Below are positions 27,619 to 37,172 of a DNA stretch of 64,000 nt, piece by piece. The notes beneath the pieces were generated by a model that saw nothing but the letters and a program-made list of their open reading frames with translations, was not told where the DNA came from and searched no databases. Origin of the DNA: Candidatus Dojkabacteria bacterium (GTDB lineage: Bacteria > Patescibacteriota > Dojkabacteria > GCA-002793355); assembly GCA_030583825.1 (NCBI GenBank), contig CP129477.1:382308-446307 (forward strand), written 5' to 3'. Positions within the stretch are counted from its first letter, which is position 1. Every line of letters begins with the position of its first letter. The translations under genes and the position numbers were made by a program.

Positions 27619-30600
27619 TTATTGAGCAAAACGGACGCTAGCATCAGAGGTTCTCAAGAAAGATTTAGAGAAGATATTACCATTCTTTGCAAATCCTTCA
27701 CGGAGCAAAAACGCCTCAGGCAATGTACTGTCACGACTTAATGTGAGTTGTACGGTTACCTGTTCTGATTCTAAGCCTGCTTGTTTAACGAGATTCATGG
27801 CCGAAGGAAACTCATCATATTCAAATACGAGCGCGAATGAGCGTGTTCCCTGTATTGGGACTTCTACCATTTGGCCGGTGTAAATCGCATTTGATTGCTC
27901 GTATACTTTCATTTGTTCTGTGTATCCTGCTGCTTCAACAAGTTTCCACGTTTTAGGAAAAAAGACTCTTTGGTAGTTGCGGTATCGTCCTTCGGGATAA
28001 TTTTCTGTTCTGCTTGTATTTCGATACGTCATTGTAAGGCGAACTTGCTTACGTGTTTCATTGACTTCAATATTTGTCTCTCGAGTAACATATTTATTTG
28101 TTTTATTTCCCGACCAGTTCCAGTCAGTAATAAACACTGACGGTTGAGGAAGTTGATCAAGCTGCAAAAACGTATTGTATTTTTTCAAAAATGAATTAGT
28201 AAATGCCGGATTGTCACTATACACCATCATATTTCGCTGGGAGATAGACTTGACCATTGCATCGAGTGCCTGCTTTTTCCCCGATGCATCCAGCCTTGTA
28301 ATCTGGTTAAACAATTCAGGAACTAGTGATGAAACAATACCAACTTTCTGTTGAGACCCTGGAGTAAACGATGTGTGAAGCTCTACAACTTTATCAAACA
28401 GGTTGTCAGCAGAAACTTCTCCATATTCCGCCAAAGTAATTGGGCCAGTCACTTTTAATAATTCTCGTAGTGTTCCAAAATTCATAAGAACGAATACTTG
28501 AATATCACTTGCTTTACCAGCCTGTTTCAAAAAACTTTCTGCATCAAGTGCTGTTGCTGGCACATCTGGAGACCAGTTTGAAAGTGAAAATTTGTAAGAA
28601 TCAATACCAAGTCCATCTCTCATTGCGGCTGGTGCTTGTTTTGCAACGAGTTGACCGTCAATGTTGTATACATCGTCAACGGTTAGTTCACGAATTCTTC
28701 CATTTTCGATACCGATAATTGCGTAGTTTGTAAACCACCCGCCTGTGGCACGAATTTCAGTTTCATTTTGTACCATAACAAGATAATTTGTTCGCTGTTG
28801 ATATCCCAATAAGAATGGGAGATATTCATACATTTCCGTAAGTGTTTGCAAGCTTGTGGAATACTCCGCCCCCATTTTCTTTGCGTCCAAGAGGCCACTT
28901 TGCATAAAGCCGGGGAAGGCATTCGCATCTACTTTGACGATCATTTCTCCGCCAATAGCGGCATATTGAGACGCTCGATATATATTCACTTTTGTTTCGA
29001 CAATTTTTGAAATCTCCGTAAAGTAATCGCGAGTTCCCTGCCCTGCCGGATTATTCACCTGCGGAAGTGAAAACTCTTTGTAATAAGTCATAAGCGGCTC
29101 TGCTGCGAGAGACATCTCATGAATGCTTTTGCCATAATAATTCGAAGCATCAGCTAAAAGTACGGCTTGATCGTAGCTATATTGCATAGATCCACCAAAG
29201 TAACGGAGATACGTCACTCCCTGCAACGACGACTTGATTCCCTGAGTAACCTGTACTAACTCTGCGGCATTTTGTTTTGTTCCCTCAGGATTAAGACTCG
29301 CCACAGAATTTTGCAATTCTCTCAGCGATAAATATCCTCGAAGTGAAAAAACAGCGAGGTTTACATATGGTGCTAGCAGAATTGTAATAACAATAAATAT
29401 CGAAGCCGTTATTATCCATGGAATGACATTTTTAGTTGTGACCGTTGTTACTTGTTCTGTTGCCTTTGCCACATGAGCTGGAGCTTTCATTACTGCCTGA
29501 AATGGCCTTCGAATAAGAGAGTTAAATGCTTGATATAACAAATAATCAAAGCGGTACCAGACAATTTCCTTTTTCACTTGGGCATTTTCTTTCATTTTTA
29601 TGCCTCTTTTTGGAAGATCTTCATTTTCTGTTGCTCCTGCCGAAGAAACTGTCCTTGTTTTTACCCCACCCTGCTGCAAAGGTTTCCATTCTTTCTGGAA
29701 CTGACCGGCAACAAATTCAAGCGTTTCTTGAATGCCACTGTCGAATGTCATCGTTGGTTCCCACCCTGCTTCCTGCGCATTTGGCGCGATACAGAGATCT
29801 TTCAGTTTGAATACTTCTTCCTGTTTTGGAGAGACTTCATTAAAGATAACTTCTTTTTCATCAGGTGTTACTTCAAGCATTCGGTATGCAAGACTTAAAG
29901 TACTTACTGGGTTAGTATCAGCAAGTAAATATGTTTTGCCTTTTGTTTTTTCATTGAAATTGACTTTTAATAATCCGTATACAGCATCAAGATAGTGCAC
30001 AAAATAGTTATTTTGTAATCCTTCTCCATAAATATTGATCACATTATCGAAAAACATTTCACGGGCAAGTCGGGAAAAGTTCGTAGGAACCGCTAAGTCT
30101 GTTCTTTCTCCATATACCTCACCTAAACGAACAATTCGGCCGTTAAATCGGGTCTTATTGTAATAATCATGGAGCAATGACTCGGCATATTTTTGCAATT
30201 GAATATTCTGCTCATTTGGCATTTCAATAAGCTGCCCAAGAAAGCCTGCTGTAATAAGTTCGAATTTTGCATCAAACTCGATTGCAAGTTTTATATAAGC
30301 ATCTACTCTTGCTGTTTCTCTAGAAAAATCTTTATGCGTTAACTGAACAAGATCAAGCTCGCCAGGTTTTACATCAGGAAATGTAGATCCTCCGACCTGC
30401 GCGTGGATAAAATAGTACATGTAGTCTATTTTTTTGAATTTCTCGAGGTTCTTAAATGTACTTTCAATATCCATGAACACACATCTATCATTTTTCAAAA
30501 GGTCTCCAATCGCTTTACGCTTTGCAGAAGTAAAACTATCTACGAGAATAACGCGACTTCCTTGTTCAATAAGAGTTTCTGCCAGTTTAATACCAACTGG

Positions 30601-30663
30601 ATTCACAAAGTTAACAATGACACTTAACGGACTCACTGTTTTTGTAAAATTCTCAATTTTCAT
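27619..30663 (-). CDS. Fusion protein: N-terminal degenerate NAD-epimerase-like (pseudo-SDR) domain, single TM helix, C-terminal DUF4012 domain.
   Basis: aa 1-330 are homologous to the extended-SDR epimerase fold (compare LGEVYGER and NIYGEGLQNNYFVHYLDAVYG with SSSEVYGEP and VYGDGSQTRTFCYVEDNLDA of ORF 2955..3881), but the Gly-rich NAD motif is degenerate (VNFVNPVG). TM helix at aa ~425-447. The C-terminal region has the DUF4012-type EIRATGGWFTNYAIIG motif. Start overlaps the stop of the downstream PEGA gene by 1 nt. Confidence 0.6.
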   Translation of the reverse strand: MKIENFTKTVSPLSVIVNFVNPVGIKLAETLIEQGSRVILVDSFTSAKRKAIGDLLKNDRCVFMDIESTFKNLEKFKKIDYMYYFIHAQVGGSTFPDVKPGELDLVQLTHKDFSRETARVDAYIKLAIEFDAKFELITAGFLGQLIEMPNEQNIQLQKYAESLLHDYYNKTRFNGRIVRLGEVYGERTDLAVPTNFSRLAREMFFDNVINIYGEGLQNNYFVHYLDAVYGLLKVNFNEKTKGKTYLLADTNPVSTLSLAYRMLEVTPDEKEVIFNEVSPKQEEVFKLKDLCIAPNAQEAGWEPTMTFDSGIQETLEFVAGQFQKEWKPLQQGGVKTRTVSSAGATENEDLPKRGIKMKENAQVKKEIVWYRFDYLLYQAFNSLIRRPFQAVMKAPAHVAKATEQVTTVTTKNVIPWIITASIFIVITILLAPYVNLAVFSLRGYLSLRELQNSVASLNPEGTKQNAAELVQVTQGIKSSLQGVTYLRYFGGSMQYSYDQAVLLADASNYYGKSIHEMSLAAEPLMTYYKEFSLPQVNNPAGQGTRDYFTEISKIVETKVNIYRASQYAAIGGEMIVKVDANAFPGFMQSGLLDAKKMGAEYSTSLQTLTEMYEYLPFLLGYQQRTNYLVMVQNETEIRATGGWFTNYAIIGIENGRIRELTVDDVYNIDGQLVAKQAPAAMRDGLGIDSYKFSLSNWSPDVPATALDAESFLKQAGKASDIQVFVLMNFGTLRELLKVTGPITLAEYGEVSADNLFDKVVELHTSFTPGSQQKVGIVSSLVPELFNQITRLDASGKKQALDAMVKSISQRNMMVYSDNPAFTNSFLKKYNTFLQLDQLPQPSVFITDWNWSGNKTNKYVTRETNIEVNETRKQVRLTMTYRNTSRTENYPEGRYRNYQRVFFPKTWKLVEAAGYTEQMKVYEQSNAIYTGQMVEVPIQGTRSFALVFEYDEFPSAMNLVKQAGLESEQVTVQLTLSRDSTLPEAFLLREGFAKNGNIFSKSFLRTSDASVRFAQ

Positions 30664-31526
30664 TATTCTGACCCAAGAACATATTTATATAAGCGGGACG
30701 TTACCGTAATAACCTTTGCTTCGTCAATGTTTAACTCAATCTCAATGTCACGATGCCCTTCTTTAGAAATAACAATTTTCTTTGTTCCATTTGTAATTTC
30801 TGCCTGAGAAAGTGGTGTATATCCAATTTCCTGTCCATCCAAAACAATTCTTGAATCACCCGGTACGGACGATACTAAAAGCTTAAATGGCGAAGCTGAT
30901 GTTGCATCTGTAGAAGCAACAGTGATGTAGCTGGATGTATCACGAGTTGGGCCGATTTGTGCTTTTACAACCGTTGTGTTTGACGGATTTACTGTAATAG
31001 GAATTTCCAATGGAATAAAAAAGTCATTTTTATTATCAACAGCCCTTAACGTAAGTGTATATTCCCCCGTTACAATGGAGTTTACTTCAAGCGGTGTTTC
31101 TCCAAGTTTTCTGTCGCCCAGATATACTTCTGACTTCAAGAATTCAGAGGTGACAACCAATGCGCCACGAGGGCTCACCTGCGACTGAATAGCATTTGTG
31201 ATAAGTGAAAATGCTCCGGTGATGTTGGCAAGAATTAACAAAACGATAATACCGGCAATAACAATCATACCGCGGGCGAATCCCTGAACTCGCTGCCTAT
31301 TGGCGACTTTTGCAGGATACAATTCTTTTTCTATTTCGGGCTGATAACTGCTTACAGAGCTCTTACTTACTGTGCTTTGAGGCTTGCGCTGAAACATCGC
31401 AGAAATAAAGGCGAATGGGGACTTAGATTTATCCGGCTTCTTCGCATCAGAATTGCGATTTAATGAATTTTCAGATAAATATTTCACGGGCATTAACTCA
31501 TTATACACAGAACCTCCATCGCACAC
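30663..31526 (-). CDS. Membrane-anchored protein with two PEGA domains.
   Basis: TM at aa ~85-107. PEGA-like motifs SEVYLGDRKLGETPLEV and SRIVLDGQEIGYTPLS. The start may be an internal Met. Confidence 0.6.
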   Translation of the reverse strand: MCDGGSVYNELMPVKYLSENSLNRNSDAKKPDKSKSPFAFISAMFQRKPQSTVSKSSVSSYQPEIEKELYPAKVANRQRVQGFARGMIVIAGIIVLLILANITGAFSLITNAIQSQVSPRGALVVTSEFLKSEVYLGDRKLGETPLEVNSIVTGEYTLTLRAVDNKNDFFIPLEIPITVNPSNTTVVKAQIGPTRDTSSYITVASTDATSASPFKLLVSSVPGDSRIVLDGQEIGYTPLSQAEITNGTKKIVISKEGHRDIEIELNIDEAKVITVTSRLYKYVLGSE

Positions 31527-31585
31527 AAGCGAAAACGTTCCTTAAACGGTACTTCTTACTTGTAGACAAGTGCTCCAAGAGAATT

Positions 31586-32908
31586 TCAACCTTTTGGTTC
31601 TTTTCTTCTCAACATTTTGTGGTATCCCTTTGCAAAACGATGGGCTTCATCGCGTAATTCTCGGAGGTGAAGATACCCTGAATTATCTTTTAGTGGCTTG
31701 ATAATTCTCCATCGGTTATTTATTCGACGAAGAAAAAAATCATTTGGCTTAAAAATTCCCACCACAGGAATATCCTCAAAAGGAGTTCCTTTAATTGCTT
31801 TTAACACTACACTTACCTGACCTCTTCCACCATCAATAAGGAGAATGTCGGGACGATTCCAATCCTTTTTAACCCTACGAGAGAGAACTTCCGTCATCAT
31901 GCCGAAGTCTGTAATACCTTTGGTAAATTTGATTCTAAAACGTCTATATTGAGACTTTGCTAGCCTGCCATTTTCACTCACAACCATGGAGCCAGTTGCC
32001 CAATCACCCATAATATTAGAAATATCATAACATTCAACACGGTTTATCTCATGGTCAAACCCAAAAATCTTTTGAATTTCTTCTGCTCTTTTTGCATAGA
32101 GATCTTCAATAAGGTTAGGATTTTCTACATATTGATCTGGAATAATATTCGATGTCTCCAGCTTGGTCATATTGTCAAGAAATTTACGTATCTCTAAGGC
32201 CTTTTCATACTCAAAATTATTGGAGTGCTTCTGCATTTGTATTTGCATATCTTCTAACACACGATTGTATCCTTTTGTGAATAGCTCTTTTAGAGCACGA
32301 ATGTTTTTCTGCTGGACAGGAAAGTTTTCAACACCAACACAAGTTCCAGGGCATAACCCAATATGATAATACAAACATGCTCGTTTCTTATTTACATGCT
32401 CCTGCAACTTTTTACCGGAGTATTCACAATACGGAAATACTTTTCTCAAAGCTCTTAATGCTTTTTTAACGGCTTGTGCCTCTGCAGGAAATGGCCCAAA
32501 GTACTTTGTTCGTTTCAGTTTCTTTGTCCGCGTGGAGAATACTTTCGACAATGTGTGCTTTATCCCATCTACGACAATATCAAAATCCTGAACAGCAATA
32601 TACAAGTAAGATTTATCATCTTTTAGGTCAATATTATATTTTGGTTTATACCGTTTAATAAGCTCAGCTTCTAGCAGAAATGCTTCAACTTCTGAACGGA
32701 CAACTATTGTATCTAGATCAACAATACGAGATAGTAATGCCGTTGTCTTTGGGCCTTTGTATGTATTTACAAAATAGCTGGAAACTCGATTCTTGAGATT
32801 TTTTGCCTTACCGACATAGATGATATCGTGAGCCTCGTTGTAGTATAAATATACTCCAGGAGAATTTGGAAGAAGTTTTAATTTTTCCTGCAGTTTTACT
32901 CTCGTCAT
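31586..32908 (-). CDS. uvrC: Excinuclease ABC subunit C, short form lacking the C-terminal (HhH)2 domain.
   Basis: GIY-YIG motif (GVYLYYNEAHDIIYVGKAKNLKNRVSSYF), UVR motif (EYEKALEIRKFLDNM), endonuclease domain (IDGGRGQ...RDEAHRFA). The likely start is Met14, which gives a TAATG overlap with the uvrA stop at 32908. The ORF track extends it to 32947. Confidence 0.85.
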   Translation of the reverse strand: MTRVKLQEKLKLLPNSPGVYLYYNEAHDIIYVGKAKNLKNRVSSYFVNTYKGPKTTALLSRIVDLDTIVVRSEVEAFLLEAELIKRYKPKYNIDLKDDKSYLYIAVQDFDIVVDGIKHTLSKVFSTRTKKLKRTKYFGPFPAEAQAVKKALRALRKVFPYCEYSGKKLQEHVNKKRACLYYHIGLCPGTCVGVENFPVQQKNIRALKELFTKGYNRVLEDMQIQMQKHSNNFEYEKALEIRKFLDNMTKLETSNIIPDQYVENPNLIEDLYAKRAEEIQKIFGFDHEINRVECYDISNIMGDWATGSMVVSENGRLAKSQYRRFRIKFTKGITDFGMMTEVLSRRVKKDWNRPDILLIDGGRGQVSVVLKAIKGTPFEDIPVVGIFKPNDFFLRRINNRWRIIKPLKDNSGYLHLRELRDEAHRFAKGYHKMLRRKEPKG

Positions 32909-35883
32909 TACTGTTGAGTATATTCCTTCAGCATTCGTCCTGTCCAAGTATCGGCATGCATCAATTGCGATACAGTACCTTCAAATACAATATTTCCACC
33001 TTTGTCACCACCTTCTGGCCCGACATCAATGACCCAATCAGCTTCCATAATAAAATCGAGGTTATGCTCAATAACAATGACCGTATTCCCTTGGTGCACG
33101 AGAGTTTTCAATACCGCAATAAGCTTTTCAATATCTACAAAGTGAAGACCTGTTGTCGGCTCGTCTAAAATATACACAGTTTTTCCCGTAGATCTTTTAG
33201 AAAGTTCAGAAGCGAGTTTTACTCGTTGCGCTTCACCACCAGAAAGTAACGGAGCGGATTGTCCAAGCGTTAAATATCCTAATCCAACTTGGACAAGGAC
33301 TTCTAATTTCTCACGGATAAGTGGAATATCTTTAAAGAATTCTCTTGCCTGGCTAATTGGCATGTCTAAAACGTCAGAAATATTCTTGTCTTTAAACTTT
33401 ACTTGTAATACCTCAGAAACATAACGTTTTCCATGGCATACATCACAATCAATGTATACGTCAGGCATAAACTGCATTTCGATTTTGATTTTTCCTTCAC
33501 CTTTACATGCCTCACATCGTCCACCTTTTAAGTTGAAGCTAAAGCGGCTTGCTGTGTATCCTTTTACTTTCGCCTCTTTTGTTTGTGCAAATAACTCTCG
33601 AATATCATCAAAAACCTTTGTATATGTTGCTGGATTACTTCGTGGAGTTCGGCCAATTGGCGACTGGTCAATATACAATACTTTATCAACCGCTCCAGCG
33701 ATAAATACGTTTTTATATGCTGTATCTGCGCTATCAATTTTTTGTCCAAAAGACTTTTTGAGTGCTGGAAGTAAACTTTCTACAACAAGAGAGCTCTTTC
33801 CAGAACCTGATACGCCAGTAACATTTACGAATTTTCCGAGAGGGAATTTTACAGATACGTCTTTAAGGTTATGTGTTGTAGCACCTTTAATTTCAAGAAA
33901 TCTATCTCTTGAAGGAGGTGTTACTCCTGGCTGTTTCTTTTCAATAATTGCTTTCATCAATTTTGCTACATTCTTACTAACTGAGGCTTTACCAGAGAGA
34001 TATGGGCCAGTAACACTATTTTTATCTGCCATAAGGTCTTCAGGGGTTCCTTTTGCAATTATCCGTCCACCTTCATCGCCTGCTCCTGGGCCGAAATCAA
34101 CTACCATATCGGCATTCATCATTGTATCTTTATCGTGCTCTACAACAACTACTGTATTTCCTAGGTCACGTAAATTCTTCAAAGTATTGATAAGGCGGTG
34201 CTGATCACGAGCATGTAATCCAATCGAAGGCTCATCCAATACATAAATGACACCAGACAGACCTGTACCGATTTGGCTCGCAAGACGAATACGCTGCGAT
34301 TCACCTCCAGATAATGTATTTGCTGAGCGGTTTACTGTTAAATAGTCCAAACCGACATCAAGCAGAAACTTTGATCGCAGCTGAATCTCACGCAAAATTG
34401 CCTGTGAAATAATTGTGGCTTTGTTATCAAAAGTTTTTGGAAGCTTTTCTACTGCATCAAAGAACTCGCCAATGGTGAGGTTTCCAAGCTCTGCAATGTT
34501 TCTTTCGCCAATTTTTACAGCAAGAGCGATTCGTTTTAGCCGTGTTCCATTACATTCCGGGCAAACTACTGATGTCATATACTTCTCAATTTCAGTGCGA
34601 ATATATTCAGATTGCGTTTCTTTATATCGTCGTTCCAAGTTAGGAATAATGCCCTCGTACTTGCCCATTAGTGTTCTCTCTGTGCCATCCTGACTAGAAT
34701 AGTACGTAATTTTATACTTCTGTTCGCCAGTTCCAAAAAGCAAGGTATCAATTTTACCTTGGGTCAAATTTTCAATAGGAGTATGCATAGAGATTGCATG
34801 TGCATCGGCAACCATTTCAAGCAACCTGCGGAAATATGAATCACGTTCCATTAACTTTGCATATGGAGCAATTCCGCCTGCAACAATTGATCTCTTTTTA
34901 TCAATAACAAACTCCGGATCAATTCTTTTAATTACGCCAAGTCCGCTACATTCAATACACGCGCCGTGAGGGGAGTTAAATGAAAAGTCTCGCGGCTCAA
35001 ATTCAGGAACAGAAATACCACATACCTTACAACTTTTTGTTACGCTAAAATCATTGGTCAATAAAGCTGTAGGACGCGCTGGAATTCCCGGAGATGGGTC
35101 TCTAATTTCTAATACACGAACAAAATTAGGCTGAATCTTTAGAGCAGCCTCAATTGATTGAAACAGTCGTGTACGAAGTTCCTTGAGTTGCGTTTCATCG
35201 CCAATAACGGATTTTGAAATGCTCATTGTATCCACGATAACTTCAATATCATGTGCTTTATATTTGTCCAATTGCGGAAGAGATTGTTGTAAATCGTAGT
35301 AGGAGTCATCAACTCGGACAAGGTTCCATCCCTGCTTACGAAGGTTCAAAAATACCTGCTCATATTCTCCTTTGCGCCCTGAAATAGGGACTCCGGAAAT
35401 CATCGCTCTATAAGTAAAACGCTGGGCAATCGAATCATTTTTCAGATTTTCAATAATGGATGCCAATAATCCGTCAACAATTTCATCAATTGTTTGCGAA
35501 GTAAGAACACGACCACAATTTGGACAATGCGCAATACCAACACGGGCGTACAACAATCGTAAATAATCATAAATTTCTGTAATTGTTCCGACCGTCGAGC
35601 GAGGGTTATGAGACACTGTTTTCTGATCAATTGCGATGGCTGGAGAAAGCCCTTCTATCTTTTCAACGTCAGGCTTACGGAGTTCACCTAAAAACTGCCG
35701 TGCATAGGAGGATAAACTCTCTACGTACTTACGTTGGCCCTCTGCATAGAGTGTATCCATGGCAAGAGAGCTTTTTCCAGATCCGGATAAGCCCGTAAAA
35801 ACCACATATTTATTCTTTGGGATTTCTAAAGATACGTTTTTCAGGTTATTTTCGTTTGCTCCAGTAACAATGATTTTGTCCAT
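32908..35883 (-). CDS. uvrA: Excinuclease ABC subunit A.
   Basis: Two ABC ATPase modules (GLSGSGKSSL and GVSGSGKSSL), zinc-finger Cys clusters, 991 aa. Confidence 0.95.
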   Translation of the reverse strand: MDKIIVTGANENNLKNVSLEIPKNKYVVFTGLSGSGKSSLAMDTLYAEGQRKYVESLSSYARQFLGELRKPDVEKIEGLSPAIAIDQKTVSHNPRSTVGTITEIYDYLRLLYARVGIAHCPNCGRVLTSQTIDEIVDGLLASIIENLKNDSIAQRFTYRAMISGVPISGRKGEYEQVFLNLRKQGWNLVRVDDSYYDLQQSLPQLDKYKAHDIEVIVDTMSISKSVIGDETQLKELRTRLFQSIEAALKIQPNFVRVLEIRDPSPGIPARPTALLTNDFSVTKSCKVCGISVPEFEPRDFSFNSPHGACIECSGLGVIKRIDPEFVIDKKRSIVAGGIAPYAKLMERDSYFRRLLEMVADAHAISMHTPIENLTQGKIDTLLFGTGEQKYKITYYSSQDGTERTLMGKYEGIIPNLERRYKETQSEYIRTEIEKYMTSVVCPECNGTRLKRIALAVKIGERNIAELGNLTIGEFFDAVEKLPKTFDNKATIISQAILREIQLRSKFLLDVGLDYLTVNRSANTLSGGESQRIRLASQIGTGLSGVIYVLDEPSIGLHARDQHRLINTLKNLRDLGNTVVVVEHDKDTMMNADMVVDFGPGAGDEGGRIIAKGTPEDLMADKNSVTGPYLSGKASVSKNVAKLMKAIIEKKQPGVTPPSRDRFLEIKGATTHNLKDVSVKFPLGKFVNVTGVSGSGKSSLVVESLLPALKKSFGQKIDSADTAYKNVFIAGAVDKVLYIDQSPIGRTPRSNPATYTKVFDDIRELFAQTKEAKVKGYTASRFSFNLKGGRCEACKGEGKIKIEMQFMPDVYIDCDVCHGKRYVSEVLQVKFKDKNISDVLDMPISQAREFFKDIPLIREKLEVLVQVGLGYLTLGQSAPLLSGGEAQRVKLASELSKRSTGKTVYILDEPTTGLHFVDIEKLIAVLKTLVHQGNTVIVIEHNLDFIMEADWVIDVGPEGGDKGGNIVFEGTVSQLMHADTWTGRMLKEYTQQ

Positions 35884-35996
35884 CGGTTATTTTATCATAT
35901 TTCGAAGGTAAAACATACATAAAGTACCGGTTTTACTTGACCTTATAGTGTTACAAGAAGTATAATTCACAGATATATAATGAGGTTCCAGATTTT

Positions 35997-37118
35997 ATGA
36001 CACAAACACCTAAGGATGAAATGGATGAACATTCAACTCCAGCTCACACAGCAGAATATCCATACCCAAAATCTTCAAGTATTTTTCCAAAAAATGTACA
36101 AACTGTTCATACTGCGGAAATTAGACATCCCATTGATGTTTTTAACGTCACAAGTTCGATTCGAATTAATGCATTGGCAATTAAGCCAGAAGCTATGCAG
36201 GAAGAACGCATTGAGAAAGGAACATTTTATGAAACAGTAGCTACTGGGTTTCAAAATGCTTTAAACTATGGTTATAGTACAAAAAAGAGGTACGTAACTA
36301 AAGATATCCCCATGGGTTTAGGTACTGCACATACTGCGTATATTGTAACACTTGGAGATGATATAAAAGATTATTCTCATGGTGAATTCAGACTTAAAGG
36401 ACGTAATATCATCGAGACCGGGCCAGAAAATAATCCTGAAAGAGTTGTTGTTTTAGGAGGTTTTCTTATTCGGAAACCCCGTCCATTAGATCAATATCTT
36501 GGTGATTTCGTCAAACCGATAGAAGCAGAAGCCACCATGTTAGAATTTCAGCAACAAATACTTCGACAATATGGACAAGAGGTTTCTTTAGAGCAACTCT
36601 CTGCCGTCCCTATTGTTGAATGGTCAAGAGCAGTAAACATGTCTCGAAATGGAACAAATTTCAGACAATTATTTGGGTTAAAGAGCACTCCTGCCTTAGT
36701 CTCAGCAATGGCGCATATTCCCGCCGTGAAAGACATTCTGATTAAAGACGCTCTTATGCGCAGTATAAGAATTATAGAAGGTACCGAACCCAAAATAGGT
36801 ATTATTGGCTCTGTTGGCTTTCAAGATGAAGAAGGCCTTGGAGGACATATTACTATGGCAAAAGGATATCTTACACAAATAGGGCACCAGATGGGCGCCA
36901 GTAGAAATACCTTGAGTGTAAATCCTATTCCTGGGCTTCATCCTAATTTTACAGATCCTCATAGTACAAGCTTTATAGATAGATTCTGGGCGACATCACC
37001 AGAGAACAGAGGCGTTCTCACTCCTGGATTTTTAAATACATATAATGGCCCGGATGGAGTTGGAGGAAACTACGCGCTCGAATTTCTGGGAATTTGGTGT
37101 AATGCCAATGAGTTATAG
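35997..37118 (+). CDS. Hypothetical soluble protein (373 aa) with no recognisable motifs. Encoded immediately upstream of the histidine kinase on the same strand.
   Basis: Clean ORF with protein-like composition, no TM or signal peptide. I recognise no family. Confidence 0.5.
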   Translation: MTQTPKDEMDEHSTPAHTAEYPYPKSSSIFPKNVQTVHTAEIRHPIDVFNVTSSIRINALAIKPEAMQEERIEKGTFYETVATGFQNALNYGYSTKKRYVTKDIPMGLGTAHTAYIVTLGDDIKDYSHGEFRLKGRNIIETGPENNPERVVVLGGFLIRKPRPLDQYLGDFVKPIEAEATMLEFQQQILRQYGQEVSLEQLSAVPIVEWSRAVNMSRNGTNFRQLFGLKSTPALVSAMAHIPAVKDILIKDALMRSIRIIEGTEPKIGIIGSVGFQDEEGLGGHITMAKGYLTQIGHQMGASRNTLSVNPIPGLHPNFTDPHSTSFIDRFWATSPENRGVLTPGFLNTYNGPDGVGGNYALEFLGIWCNANEL

Positions 37119-37172
37119 TTTCAGTAACAATCATAGTTTGCGGATTATCAACGAATCCCTTACTATACTACT

